Below, piece by piece: positions 32,037 through 42,190 of a DNA stretch of 44,825 nucleotides (the first letter of the stretch is position 1; the number at the start of each line of letters is the position of its first letter). Under the pieces are notes generated by a model. It searched no databases. It had not been told where the DNA came from and saw only the letters and a program-made list of their open reading frames with translations. The stretch lies in the sequence record NC_073087.1; one strand, given 5' to 3'. Source of the stretch: Escherichia phage Gluttony_ev152. Made by a program: the position numbers and the translations under genes.

Positions 32037-34679
32037 ATGGCAGATCAGGCAGCAGGCATCACGCTAAAGGCTGATGTTGCACAAATCAGAACGGCAAATA
32101 CTGTGCTGGACTCCTTCGCACAGAAATCCGAGAACACAGAAAACAAGGTTAAGAAATTAAACGACACCCTCGGCAAATCCAAAAAGGTGACGAGTGACGC
32201 CGCGGGCGGAATGGAAAAGCTGGCAAACGAATCGCAGCGCGCCGCCGATGGCATGACGAAACAGGAGCGACTCGCCAACAGGTTAGGCATGTCGACTAAA
32301 AACCTGGGCTTTGCCTCGCGTAACGCCGCATTCCAGCTACAGGATATTGCGGTAACGCTTGAGATGGGGATGCCGGTTCACCGCGTCATGCTTCAGCAGT
32401 TACCGCAGCTAACTGGGGCGTTCGGTGGACTGGGTAACACGCTGCGTTATGTTGCGGGCTTCCTCGGCCCAGTAGGGATCGGCCTCGCCGCCGTAACGGC
32501 AACGTTAGGCGTGGGCGTGGCAATTACGTCCCGCGCAGAGAACCAGGTCGCCGCGCTTAACAAGACGCTGGCGCTGTCAGGTAACATTTCCGGCCTCACT
32601 GCAAACCAGATCCTGGTGTTATCCGAGAACGCCGAGCGCATGGGCGGATCATTCCGCAAGACGCGTGACACAATCCAGGCGCTGGCGGCGGCGGGTGTGA
32701 AAGCGGGTGGTGACTTCGGCGCATTGGCTAAGGTAGTTAATGACTTTGCGAAGGTGTCCAGCCAGCCGATCGAGGATGTGGTAGCGGCGGTGGCGAAGCT
32801 GTCAACCGACCCCGTTGGCGGACTGCGTGCGCTGGCGGATAAGTATCACGTCGTAAACGAAGCGCAGATCCAGCAGGTGCAGTCACTAGTGACGGCTGGT
32901 CGCGAAACCGAAGCGGTGGCGCTGGCTAACAAAACAGCCGCAGCGTCGTTTACCACTATGACCAATGAGATCAAGTCCAACATGGGTACGCTTGAGCGGT
33001 CGATGAACGTCGTTACATCGGCAGCTAAATCTATGTGGGATGCCATCCTGGATGTCGGGCGCGCGCAGTCCTCGAATGAGTCAGAGATGAAAGCGCGTGA
33101 ATCATTGCAGCGACTGACCACGGCTTACTATGCCGAGATGAAAGCGGTAAACGCTGCCGGTGGGGTGATGACCGAAGCGCAGAAAGCGCGTATTAACATG
33201 CTTTACAGCGAACTGGTAGCCCAGGAAAAAGTAGTGGCGTCGCTCACCCTGCGCAACCGTGCAGAGCGAGACAACGCAAGTGCCGCTGACGAAGCAGCAA
33301 AGGCGAACGAAGAGGCAAACCGCACCGCCCGCGACCGCGCCGCGTTCGAGAAGGAGTACGCAACCAACGCGAAGAGGCGCGCCGACGAGATCGCCCGCCT
33401 CAATTTGCTTAATAAGCGCGGCGTTATTGATGAGAAAGAACTAGCCGAGGCGGTTAAGCAGGTCAACGAGCGTTACAAAGACCCGGCACCGAAGAAGGCC
33501 GCCGCTGTTCGAGTCGATGCCGGGCTGAAAATGCTGGAGGTCGCACGGAGCGAACTGGCACAGCTTCGAGAATCAGGCAAGCAGATCGAGGCCAACTCTT
33601 CGACGCAGACCAGAACGCAACGCGCGCAAGCGGCCCTTAACAAGCTGATTGCCGACAACGAGCAGTTAATCGCTGCGAGCAAAGAAAGGGCGCTGACGGC
33701 AGCAGAGAAGCAGCAATTAGTCGAGTTCGGGCGCGTGAAGGAAGTCCGCGAGCAGATCGTCGAAGAAGCCAAATTGCTGGACGCGAAAGAGAAGCAGGTC
33801 AAGGCGCACGCGCAGATCGACGCCTTCGTTAAGAACCAGAACGCCGAGCTAAAAGCCACCGCGGCGGGCTATGCGCTTTCCACTCGCGAAGCGGCTAACC
33901 TGCGCGAAGAATTGCAGCTAATTGACCGCCTTAAGCGGGTGGGCGCTAGTGATACCGATATTGATCTGGCGGTGTCTAAACTGCGCGAAGTGCAGGAAGC
34001 ACAGACCGGTGCTAACGCCTCACTATGGGATGGATTCAGCCGTGGGCTTAAGGATAGCGTGGATGAAATGGGTAACGGCTATACGCAGATGGCGTCACTC
34101 ACAAAATTCACGTTCGGCGCTATGCAGGACACGATGAACGAGTTTTTCGAGACTGGCAAGCTGAACGCAAAGGATATGGTTAAGTCCATCCTGAGCGAAT
34201 TAATCAAGCTGGCTACCTCGCAGGCGTTCAAGTCCATCGTTAGCGCTTTCGGTGGCGACGGCGGCAAAAACGGATTGTTCGGCGCTATCTTCTCCGGCCT
34301 CACTAAGAATGCGGACGGCGGAGCGTACTCAGGGGGCAATCTCGCGGCCTATTCAGGGAAAGTGGTAAGCCAGCCTACCTTTTTCAGTTATGGCGTCCAG
34401 GCGTTCGCTAAGGGCGCAGGATTGATGGGCGAGGCTGGTCCTGAGGCCATCATGCCACTGAAGCGCGGGCCGGACGGGAAACTGGGCGTTGCCGCGTCTG
34501 GCGCAGGCGGAGGTATGGTCGTGACGACTAACGTTTACACGGGGACCGGTAAAACGGATACCAGTGTCAGCGGGCCGGACCCCCGTACTGCGCAGGCGTT
34601 CGGCAAGCAAATCACCGAGGCGGTGAAGGCCGAGATCGTGAAGGCGACGAAACCGGGTGGTGTACTTTACAAACGATGA
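32037..34679 (+). CDS. tail tape measure protein
   Basis: 880 aa, long alpha-helical Ala/Gln/Lys-rich central region, Gly-rich C-terminal part; canonical position. Confidence 0.85.
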   Translation: MADQAAGITLKADVAQIRTANTVLDSFAQKSENTENKVKKLNDTLGKSKKVTSDAAGGMEKLANESQRAADGMTKQERLANRLGMSTKNLGFASRNAAFQLQDIAVTLEMGMPVHRVMLQQLPQLTGAFGGLGNTLRYVAGFLGPVGIGLAAVTATLGVGVAITSRAENQVAALNKTLALSGNISGLTANQILVLSENAERMGGSFRKTRDTIQALAAAGVKAGGDFGALAKVVNDFAKVSSQPIEDVVAAVAKLSTDPVGGLRALADKYHVVNEAQIQQVQSLVTAGRETEAVALANKTAAASFTTMTNEIKSNMGTLERSMNVVTSAAKSMWDAILDVGRAQSSNESEMKARESLQRLTTAYYAEMKAVNAAGGVMTEAQKARINMLYSELVAQEKVVASLTLRNRAERDNASAADEAAKANEEANRTARDRAAFEKEYATNAKRRADEIARLNLLNKRGVIDEKELAEAVKQVNERYKDPAPKKAAAVRVDAGLKMLEVARSELAQLRESGKQIEANSSTQTRTQRAQAALNKLIADNEQLIAASKERALTAAEKQQLVEFGRVKEVREQIVEEAKLLDAKEKQVKAHAQIDAFVKNQNAELKATAAGYALSTREAANLREELQLIDRLKRVGASDTDIDLAVSKLREVQEAQTGANASLWDGFSRGLKDSVDEMGNGYTQMASLTKFTFGAMQDTMNEFFETGKLNAKDMVKSILSELIKLATSQAFKSIVSAFGGDGGKNGLFGAIFSGLTKNADGGAYSGGNLAAYSGKVVSQPTFFSYGVQAFAKGAGLMGEAGPEAIMPLKRGPDGKLGVAASGAGGGMVVTTNVYTGTGKTDTSVSGPDPRTAQAFGKQITEAVKAEIVKATKPGGVLYKR

Positions 34680-34685
34680 TAAAAT

Positions 34686-34716
34686 GGCCCTCACATCCAT
34701 CGTGGGGGCTTTTTTA
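34686..34716 (+). terminator. putative intrinsic terminator
   Basis: CCCTCAC-loop-GTGGGGG followed by TTTTTT directly after tape measure stop. Confidence 0.5.
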
Positions 34717-35315
34717 TGTCACAAGGTACAATCACTTTAACTAAGGGTAGTAAGACCGTTACAGGAGCGGGGACGGCGTTCCTTAGCGAGATCGGGAAGG
34801 TACTCGTATTCGCCCGCATCGACGGCAACGACTACACCGGCAAAATTGCGGCGTTCAACTCGAACACGGTCATTACACTGAAAGATAACTGGGCTGGCCC
34901 GACGAAATCCGGTGCGGCATATGAGCTAATCGAAGCACACGACCCGCGATCAAACGAATGGCCTTATTACTGGCACATGCAATTGCAGGGCGGTGGCGAC
35001 GTGCAGTTGGCTTTCCGGTCCGAGGAATTGCAATTCGGTAATGGCTACGGGCAGAACATCGCGGACGGCCCGAACGCCGAAACGAAACAATTCCCCGTGC
35101 AATTCGTCGGGCTAACTACTGATAAGTGGTGCGACCCCAAACTGGTTTATAACTTCCTTCGCGGGCACTTCGTCAAGCCGTTTGTCGTCACCGCGCCGGA
35201 TGGTGAAACAGGTTTATTCGTGGTCGAGCGTTCGAGCTTGTCGTACACGGACAACGGGCACTACACGGCAACGGTATCCGCCACCCTTAAGACTGCTATT
35301 GGATTCGTAAGATGA
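34716..35315 (+). CDS. minor tail protein (gpM-like C-terminal half, N-terminal extension)
   Basis: C-terminal FG-GYGQ ... FLRGH ... PDGETG resembles lambda gpM; N-terminal 25 aa share about 11/22 identities with the N-terminus of tail fiber ORF 42191. Confidence 0.6.
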   Translation: MSQGTITLTKGSKTVTGAGTAFLSEIGKVLVFARIDGNDYTGKIAAFNSNTVITLKDNWAGPTKSGAAYELIEAHDPRSNEWPYYWHMQLQGGGDVQLAFRSEELQFGNGYGQNIADGPNAETKQFPVQFVGLTTDKWCDPKLVYNFLRGHFVKPFVVTAPDGETGLFVVERSSLSYTDNGHYTATVSATLKTAIGFVR

Positions 35316-36100
35316 ATAAACTATATCGCGAGGCGACACGCTTCGACCCATCGGGCCGCGTTCGCCTGATTCACATTGACGCTCAGGACGTGGAACCTGG
35401 AGACGGCGCGATCGGAGCGGGGCATCACTATTTTCACTACTGCTTTATTCCGCACACTGCGGAGGATATTGCTGCCGCTGGGGGTGACGAGGATAAGCTG
35501 AAGCCAAAATCCATCTTCTTCGGCGGGCAGGAGTTCGAATTCTGGCCCTTCGATCTGTCTGGCCTTAACTTCTCCACATCGACGGCAGCAGAACCGCAAC
35601 TAACAATCGTCGATATTGGCGGCATAATAACCCGGCTGTCGCTGAACCACGACCAGCTACTTGGCGCGAAGGTTGAGATCATTGATACGTTCGCGAAGTT
35701 CCTGGACAACGGGACAGATCCAGACCCGACGCAGAAACGAGTTCAGGAGTATTACATCGACTCGCAGGTCGGGCGCAATCCGGGCAAGCAAATTACCTTC
35801 GCACTATCCTCGCCTGCGGATATGGAAGGGCAGGTCGTTCCCCGTCGCCAAATCATGAATATGTGCGAATGGGCGCTCAACGGGAAGTACGCCAGCGGGG
35901 ACGGTTGCACCTGGAACCTTGCGAAGCCCGGTATAAAGTATTACGACGAGCGAGGTAATGAAGTCATTGCGATGAATATGGACCGATGCGGCGGCTGTTT
36001 GTCCGACTGTTATCTTCGATTTGGGCAAGGGCTTGCGGACCCGAAAGCGGCGGTGCTGGACTTCGGCGGCTTTCCTGGGTCCAGATTAATTAAGGGGTAG
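35312..36100 (+). CDS. minor tail protein L
   Basis: C-terminal CGGCLSDC ... FGGF parallels the Cys cluster and FGGF motif at the C-terminus of lambda gpL. Confidence 0.75.
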   Translation: MNKLYREATRFDPSGRVRLIHIDAQDVEPGDGAIGAGHHYFHYCFIPHTAEDIAAAGGDEDKLKPKSIFFGGQEFEFWPFDLSGLNFSTSTAAEPQLTIVDIGGIITRLSLNHDQLLGAKVEIIDTFAKFLDNGTDPDPTQKRVQEYYIDSQVGRNPGKQITFALSSPADMEGQVVPRRQIMNMCEWALNGKYASGDGCTWNLAKPGIKYYDERGNEVIAMNMDRCGGCLSDCYLRFGQGLADPKAAVLDFGGFPGSRLIKG

Positions 36101-36102
36101 CC

Positions 36103-36843
36103 ATGTTAACGAAAAAGGTTAAAAGCGATATCGCCGCGCACGTTGCGGCATGTCTGCCGGAAGAAGCCTGTGGGTTGGTAGTCATGGTGGGTCGCAAGCA
36201 AGTATTCGTACCATGTCAGAACGTATTCGAAGACCCGACCGGCGTGCGTTCACGCAAAGACGCGTTTACGATTAGTGATATGGCCTGGATGGATGCCGAG
36301 GATATGGGCGACGTCGTGCGCGTAGTCCACTCGCATCCGGGCCAGCGAGAGCTTACCCCCTCACTGGGCGACGTTAACGGATGCAACGGCAGCGGCGTAG
36401 TCTGGACCATCACTAACGAATATGGCGACTTTATCGAGATCGACCCCGAAGACCCTCCGCTGGTGGGGCGTCGATTTGTTCTCGGAATTACGGATTGTTA
36501 CGGCCTCGTCATGGACTGGCACAAAAAGCAGGGTGTAAACCTGCCAGACTTCCGCGTGCCGTATAACTGGTGGGAGACAGGCGAAAATCTGTATATGGAT
36601 AATTGGTACGGCGCGGGCTTCAGGGAGTGTGAGGAAAATACTCCGGGGGCAATGGTCATCATGCAGATTAGCGCGCCAGTGCCTAACCACGCTGGGATAT
36701 TCCTTCCGGGCAACCAACTACTACACCATATCTACGGCAGCCTGTCGAGCGTGATCCCCTTCCGGGCAGGATTTTTCCGCGACAATGTGGTTAAATGGGT
36801 CCGGCATAAAGACCTACCGGGGAATATCACAGAATGGCAATGA
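36103..36843 (+). CDS. tail assembly protein K (JAMM/MPN + NlpC/P60 domains)
   Basis: HSHP (JAMM-type metal site) in N-terminal half and DCYGLV ... H (NlpC/P60 Cys-His) in C-terminal half, as in lambda gpK. Confidence 0.75.
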   Translation: MLTKKVKSDIAAHVAACLPEEACGLVVMVGRKQVFVPCQNVFEDPTGVRSRKDAFTISDMAWMDAEDMGDVVRVVHSHPGQRELTPSLGDVNGCNGSGVVWTITNEYGDFIEIDPEDPPLVGRRFVLGITDCYGLVMDWHKKQGVNLPDFRVPYNWWETGENLYMDNWYGAGFRECEENTPGAMVIMQISAPVPNHAGIFLPGNQLLHHIYGSLSSVIPFRAGFFRDNVVKWVRHKDLPGNITEWQ

Positions 36844-37451
36844 CAACGTTTAAATTGTACGGCGTCTTAGGACGTCGATTCGGTAAAGTGCATAAGCTGG
36901 ACTGCTTCACACCGGGCGAAGGAATCACCGGCTTGTGTGTGAAGTTGCCAGGGTTACAAGACTTTTTAATGTCAGCCCACCTGGACAACATGATGTTCAA
37001 AGTGCGCAAGGGCAATCACACCATGACCGGCTACGATGAGCTGGGCGAGTTCCACGGCGACCGCGTAGTGACCATCGCGCCGGTTATGACGGGCGCAAAA
37101 AGCGGACTGGGCCAATTGCTGGCGGGTGTAGCGATCGTGGTGGCGTCGTTCTATACCGGAGGGCTTGCAACTGCCGCTTTCGGAGCTTCAGCGGCTACCG
37201 CGGCCTCTATCGGCGCAGCGACGTTTTCGTTCGGGATGTCGATGGCGCTGGGTGGCGTTATGCAATTGTTATCACCGCAACCGAAAGGATTGCAGACACG
37301 GCAGGACGTGGATAACAAGGCGTCGTACGCGTTCGGCGGGCCGGTGAACACAACCGCGCAAGGCACGGCACTTGGTGTATTATGGGGCGAGCGTGAGATC
37401 GGCGGCGCTATTATTTCCGCCGGAATCGTAACCGAGGACTTGAACGAATGA
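36834..37451 (+). CDS. tail assembly protein I
   Basis: 205 aa with Gly/Ala-rich hydrophobic C-terminal part, overlapping both neighbours; position between K and J. Confidence 0.65.
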   Translation: MAMTTFKLYGVLGRRFGKVHKLDCFTPGEGITGLCVKLPGLQDFLMSAHLDNMMFKVRKGNHTMTGYDELGEFHGDRVVTIAPVMTGAKSGLGQLLAGVAIVVASFYTGGLATAAFGASAATAASIGAATFSFGMSMALGGVMQLLSPQPKGLQTRQDVDNKASYAFGGPVNTTAQGTALGVLWGEREIGGAIISAGIVTEDLNE

Positions 37452-40400
37452 CGATTATCTACGACGTCACGGGCCATAAAGGCGGCGGCGGAAAACAGCA
37501 CACCCCACAGGAGACGCCAGACAGCCTGCATTCGCTGGCTAAAATCCGCATCTTGCTCGCACTGGGCGAAGGGGAGTTCGAAAGTATTACGAGCGCCAGC
37601 GAATTACGGCAGCGCGTCTACCTGGACGGAACACCGATCCAGAACGCCGACCTGTCGGAAAACTTCCCCGGCGCGCGCGTGGAGTTCCGCCCGGGCACAC
37701 AGCACCAGGATGTGATCCACGGATTTTCAGCGGTGGAAAGTGAGCAATCTGTCGGCGTAAAACTGGAAAACGGCACGCCGTGGGTGCGCCAGGTTAACGA
37801 CACCAGTCTTGACGCCGTGCGCATTCGAATCGGCATTCCGGCCCTGTACACTAACGAAGATAATGGCGACCTGGTGGGCGGGCGCATCGACTATAAGATC
37901 GTTGTGTATACGGATAACGCCGACCCGCGTGAGTTCAGATTCGCCGCCGTTGGTAAAACAATGTCGCTATATGAGCGCGACCACCGCATCGAATTACCGC
38001 CGAACGTGAATACCGGCTGGCGAGTGGAGGTGCACCGCATAACGGCAGACTCCACATCGGCGAAAGTGGTTAATGATATCCAGGTGCAATCCATCACTGA
38101 GATTATCGACGCCCGCCTGCGTAACCCGCTAACCGCGCTGTTGTTTGTGGAGTTCGACGCCAAAGCGTTCCAGAACATCCCGCGCGTGTCCATCAAGTGC
38201 AAAGGCCGCAAAGTTCTAATACCGAACAACTACGACCCGATTAATCATACCTATTCCGGGGACTGGGACGGCACGTTTAAACGCGCATGGACGGATAACC
38301 CCGCGTGGCACTGGTACGATATTTGTATTACTGAGCGCTTCGGCCTCGGTCGGCGTATCAAACCGCAAATGTTAAACCGGTACGCGCTCTACCAGATTGC
38401 GCAGCGCTGCGATCAGTTGGTCAGCGACGGCAACGGTGGTCGAGAAATCCGCTTTAAGAATGATATGTACATTCAGTCACAGACGGATGCTTGGACCGTG
38501 CTTAAGGATTTAGCCGCTATCTTTGCCGGTATGACCTGGTGGGGAAATCAGATGTTGAATATCGTCAGTGACCAGCCGGTCGCAGCGGTATCGCACACCA
38601 TCACCAACGCTTCGGTCATTGATGGTCGATTCGACTACGCGTCCGGTAGCCAGAAAACTCGGTATTCCACATTCGCGGTAGCATACGGCAACACGAAGAA
38701 CCACTATGAAGATGCCATTGCTACGGGGCAGCGTGTCGAACTGGTACGCCGCCATAAGATTAACCGTCTGGATATAACGGCGATCGGCTGTACGCGTGAG
38801 TCAGAAGCGCAACGACGTGGGCACTGGGCGCTAATCTCCAACCAGCTTGACCAGCAAGTTAGCTTTAAGGTTGGCATGGAGGGACTTTTCTTTATTCCGG
38901 GTAGCGTAGTCGCGATCGCCGATACAAACATTTCTGGCGGCTTCGAGACACGCGGCGGTCGCCTGTTGCCGGACCCTGGCACGCGTACCGTGCTTAACAC
39001 GGACAGCGAAATCACGTTCCGCCCAGGTGATAAATTCCTGGTACGCACCGATAGCGGTAATGTGGAGACTCGCGAGATCGCCAGCGTCAACGGCAACAAG
39101 GTTACGCTAAAAACCGCACTGGACGCCGACCCGATTCCTGATCAGCCGTTTTGCGTCGATGGCAACGATATCCAGTTGCAGAAGTTCCGCATCACCGACC
39201 TGGAATATGACGACTCTACCAGCACTTTTTCAGTGCGCGGGATCGAGTACAACGATAGCAAATATGATGCCGTTGATAATGGCGCTCGCCTTGATCCGGG
39301 CATCTTTACTCAAGTGCCGGACGGCGTAATGAAGGGGCCGGAGTCCGTGACCATAACCCCGTCGCAGATTTCATCGCAAGGCCAGCTAATCACCAACGTG
39401 GATATTGTTTTCCCGCCGGTTAAGGACGCCGTGGTGTATGAAATCCAGTGGCGACGTACCAGCTTGCAGAATATGGAAATCCAGTGGGGTAACGACTGGG
39501 TGAACATCCCCCGCACGGCATCGAACGGCGCGCACATCCCTAACGTGTTCTCCGGTAACTACCAGGCACGCGTCCGCGCAATCGGTATGGGCGAGATTTC
39601 ATCCCCGTGGGTGTCGTCTGCCATCACGCCGATAGAAGGTCGTCTCGGCGGGCTTAACGCGCCTATCATCACCAACGCGATTTCGGGCCTCCACCAAATT
39701 TTGTGGAAGTGGAACCACAACAACGCCGCGACGGATATTTCGTACACCGAGCTTGAAGTGCGCAAGACCGGTGAAACGGAGTGGAAATTTCTTACCAACG
39801 TCCCATATCCGGGGGCGGAGTATGCGCAAACGTCACTGGAGTTCGGGATCTATCAGCAGTTGCGCGCCCGTGTAGCGGATAAAATCGGCAACCTGTCGGA
39901 CTGGTCGGCCCCGTTTGAAGGGCAGGTGAGTGACAAAGTTGACGAATACATGAAGGGGCTTGATGACGAGTTCTTGACTTCCGAGGACGGTAAACGCTTC
40001 CAGGAAGCGATCGACACCATGCCGCAAGGTATCTATGAGTCTATGCTTACGGACGCCCAGCAGCTATTCAATGCCCGCGCCGAGTATAAAGGGATTTATG
40101 CGGAAATCACGGTGGCGTATAACGTGGCGGCGGACGCGCATAAAGCCGTAGCGCAACTGGAAACGTTGATCGGCACGCGCCTTGATGACGCTGAAGCATC
40201 AATCCACACGTTGCAGACTGCGCAAAGCACACATGAACAAGCGTTCGCCCAGTACCAGCAAACTGTTGCCGCTAAGTTTTCGGGACAGGAAGCCGCCATC
40301 CAGCAGGTACAAACGGCAACGGCGGACGTGGCTGGCGCACTGGCGGAGTATAAGACCCAGGTCGCGGCGCAGTTCGGACAGCAGTCCGCAGCTATCGAGC

Positions 40401-40894
40401 AGAAGATGACGTCTTCGTTTAACCATGCTGGTGGCAGCGCCACGTACAGTCTTAAGGCTGGCGTGACGTATAACGGGACTTACTATGACGCCGGTATGCA
40501 GCTTTCAGTTGTGACGTCTGGCAACGCAGTTAAATCGCGTATTGCGTTCAAAGCCGACCAGTTCTATATCATGCACCCATCTAATGGGTCGCTTTCGTCC
40601 GCGTTTATCGTTGACGGCGGGCAGGTGTATATTGACACGGCACGCATCAAGGACGCGTCAATCAACTTTGCGCAGATCACGGACACGCTGCAATCAAATA
40701 ACTACGCTTCAGGGTCACGCGGCTGGCGTATCCAGAAAGGCGGCGCTGCGGAGTTCAACGAAGTAACGGTCCGCGGCAACCTGTACGCCACATCCGGTAA
40801 CTTCGGATTCTCCGGTGGGACCGTGACGATTGACAAGACAGGAGTAAACGTGCCGTTACCTGGCGGGGGAAGGGTTAAAGTCGGGACGTGGTAA
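37448..40894 (+). CDS. central tail fiber / host specificity protein J
   Basis: 1148 aa; N-terminus HKGGGGKQHTPQETPDSLHS resembles lambda J N-terminus (GKGSSKGHTPREAKDNL); follows M-L-K-I order. Confidence 0.85.
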   Translation: MTIIYDVTGHKGGGGKQHTPQETPDSLHSLAKIRILLALGEGEFESITSASELRQRVYLDGTPIQNADLSENFPGARVEFRPGTQHQDVIHGFSAVESEQSVGVKLENGTPWVRQVNDTSLDAVRIRIGIPALYTNEDNGDLVGGRIDYKIVVYTDNADPREFRFAAVGKTMSLYERDHRIELPPNVNTGWRVEVHRITADSTSAKVVNDIQVQSITEIIDARLRNPLTALLFVEFDAKAFQNIPRVSIKCKGRKVLIPNNYDPINHTYSGDWDGTFKRAWTDNPAWHWYDICITERFGLGRRIKPQMLNRYALYQIAQRCDQLVSDGNGGREIRFKNDMYIQSQTDAWTVLKDLAAIFAGMTWWGNQMLNIVSDQPVAAVSHTITNASVIDGRFDYASGSQKTRYSTFAVAYGNTKNHYEDAIATGQRVELVRRHKINRLDITAIGCTRESEAQRRGHWALISNQLDQQVSFKVGMEGLFFIPGSVVAIADTNISGGFETRGGRLLPDPGTRTVLNTDSEITFRPGDKFLVRTDSGNVETREIASVNGNKVTLKTALDADPIPDQPFCVDGNDIQLQKFRITDLEYDDSTSTFSVRGIEYNDSKYDAVDNGARLDPGIFTQVPDGVMKGPESVTITPSQISSQGQLITNVDIVFPPVKDAVVYEIQWRRTSLQNMEIQWGNDWVNIPRTASNGAHIPNVFSGNYQARVRAIGMGEISSPWVSSAITPIEGRLGGLNAPIITNAISGLHQILWKWNHNNAATDISYTELEVRKTGETEWKFLTNVPYPGAEYAQTSLEFGIYQQLRARVADKIGNLSDWSAPFEGQVSDKVDEYMKGLDDEFLTSEDGKRFQEAIDTMPQGIYESMLTDAQQLFNARAEYKGIYAEITVAYNVAADAHKAVAQLETLIGTRLDDAEASIHTLQTAQSTHEQAFAQYQQTVAAKFSGQEAAIQQVQTATADVAGALAEYKTQVAAQFGQQSAAIEQKMTSSFNHAGGSATYSLKAGVTYNGTYYDAGMQLSVVTSGNAVKSRIAFKADQFYIMHPSNGSLSSAFIVDGGQVYIDTARIKDASINFAQITDTLQSNNYASGSRGWRIQKGGAAEFNEVTVRGNLYATSGNFGFSGGTVTIDKTGVNVPLPGGGRVKVGTW

Positions 40895-40899
40895 ATGCG

Positions 40900-40924
40900 A
40901 TGGGGCCAGATGGCCCCATTTTCA
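40900..40924 (+). terminator. putative terminator between convergent genes
   Basis: GGGGCCAGATGGCCCC followed by ATTTTC; lies between J (+) and minus-strand ORF end. Confidence 0.45.
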
Positions 40925-41887
40925 ATACATATTCGGGATGACGAGTAGCGGTGTTGGTACTGCAATATTTTTACTTGGCATCTGGAATTGCTGCCGTGAG
41001 TAGTTGCCGATGACGCGGTTTTTAGCGACGCGCACATTATTACCCGCCATGCGTATGCCGTTCATGCGGACGTGGTTATAGCCACCGTTGTTCTGAATCA
41101 GTGCGCCGGTGTATGAAAGCTGGATCAGGCTGTTTCCAATATTCTGGTCGCCCGTTCCGATGTTAATAGTGCGGTCATATACGAACGGCTTGTTCACCGT
41201 CGAGAACGTAACCTGATTCTGGTTATTCGTCATGGTGATTCCGGCCCCCGGAGTGGGTGGTGTGTTGTTGAATATCACCAAATCCATGTCCACCGAAGCC
41301 GCCACATCGTCGATGCCTCCATAGGACGCGTTGCGGACGATAATACTGCCGCCATCGAAGCCTACTGATACGTTGCCATCATCCCATCGGGCGAACGGAA
41401 CACCGCCAACCGGCAAGGCCATACTACCGTTGACGCGCACGCGCTGTGCGTATCGGCAGGTCATTAGCTTAGACACGTTGGATATGGCGGTGAAGTCCGT
41501 CGAGTTAGCCACCAGTAAACCTGCGTTGCGCGAACCAACCGGCAGCACTTCCATTATGACGCCCGCCCATTGTGGTAAACCAGAGTACGCGCCATACGCA
41601 TCCTCCCCGCGCAGGGTGATACCACTATTACCGTTGCGAGTAACCGACGTAACGTAAAACGGGTCGGGAATTACCAGGGTCTGGTCAAACACCTCAATCA
41701 CTTCTACCGGGCGAGTGAGCGCGACGATGACCTGCGACCCATCCGTAAGCGGGGTGTTAATGGTTAGCGTCTTGTTGGACTGTGCCCGCTGGTTAAAGCT
41801 GGTGCAGTATGACGGCGCGCGGAGTCCCGCGGTTATCTCCATGCGCGGCCTTCCGTCGTTATAGTCGATAAGTATTCCAGCGCCCAT
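40922..41887 (-). CDS. hypothetical Asn/Gly/Thr-rich protein (beta-helix-like)
   Basis: Reverse-oriented; starts right after the lipoprotein gene stop (ATG 41887 with GGGAG RBS, alternative GTG 41896); repeated N/G/T-rich segments; no signal peptide. Confidence 0.5.
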   Translation of the reverse strand: MGAGILIDYNDGRPRMEITAGLRAPSYCTSFNQRAQSNKTLTINTPLTDGSQVIVALTRPVEVIEVFDQTLVIPDPFYVTSVTRNGNSGITLRGEDAYGAYSGLPQWAGVIMEVLPVGSRNAGLLVANSTDFTAISNVSKLMTCRYAQRVRVNGSMALPVGGVPFARWDDGNVSVGFDGGSIIVRNASYGGIDDVAASVDMDLVIFNNTPPTPGAGITMTNNQNQVTFSTVNKPFVYDRTINIGTGDQNIGNSLIQLSYTGALIQNNGGYNHVRMNGIRMAGNNVRVAKNRVIGNYSRQQFQMPSKNIAVPTPLLVIPNMY

Positions 41888-41889
41888 TA

Positions 41890-42111
41890 TTACCACTCCC
41901 GTGATTTAACTGATACTGTGCCTGAGAAATTGCCGTCGCTATCTGAAGACAGCCCAGTGAATCGCATGTCTACATCTCCTGCCGGTACTTTTTGCCCGTC
42001 AACGTAGCGCAACATGCAGCTACCGTAAGCAACCGTAACGCAATCGCCATTGTTGCGTTCTACGGCGCAACCGGACAAAAGAACCGCACAAATCATAATT
42101 AAAGTTTTCAT
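41890..42111 (-). CDS. small outer-membrane lipoprotein (Cor/Llp-like superinfection-exclusion candidate)
   Basis: 73 aa from internal ATG with AGGGGA RBS; signal peptide MKTLIMICAVLLSGC with lipobox LSGC; reverse-oriented between J and tail fiber genes. Confidence 0.55.
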   Translation of the reverse strand: MKTLIMICAVLLSGCAVERNNGDCVTVAYGSCMLRYVDGQKVPAGDVDMRFTGLSSDSDGNFSGTVSVKSREW

Positions 42112-42190
42112 GGTATCATCCCCTATATTTGGTTGAGTTTTAGTATTACACCGCTCAACCAGGATTGCAACCAATTACGAGGATTTAGCT

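Noticed and set aside
33473-33859. Minus-strand ORFs within the tape measure gene (for example 33473..33859, 33203..33466)
   Set aside because: Antisense to an 880-aa ORF with typical tape-measure composition; Ala/Ser-rich low-complexity translations.
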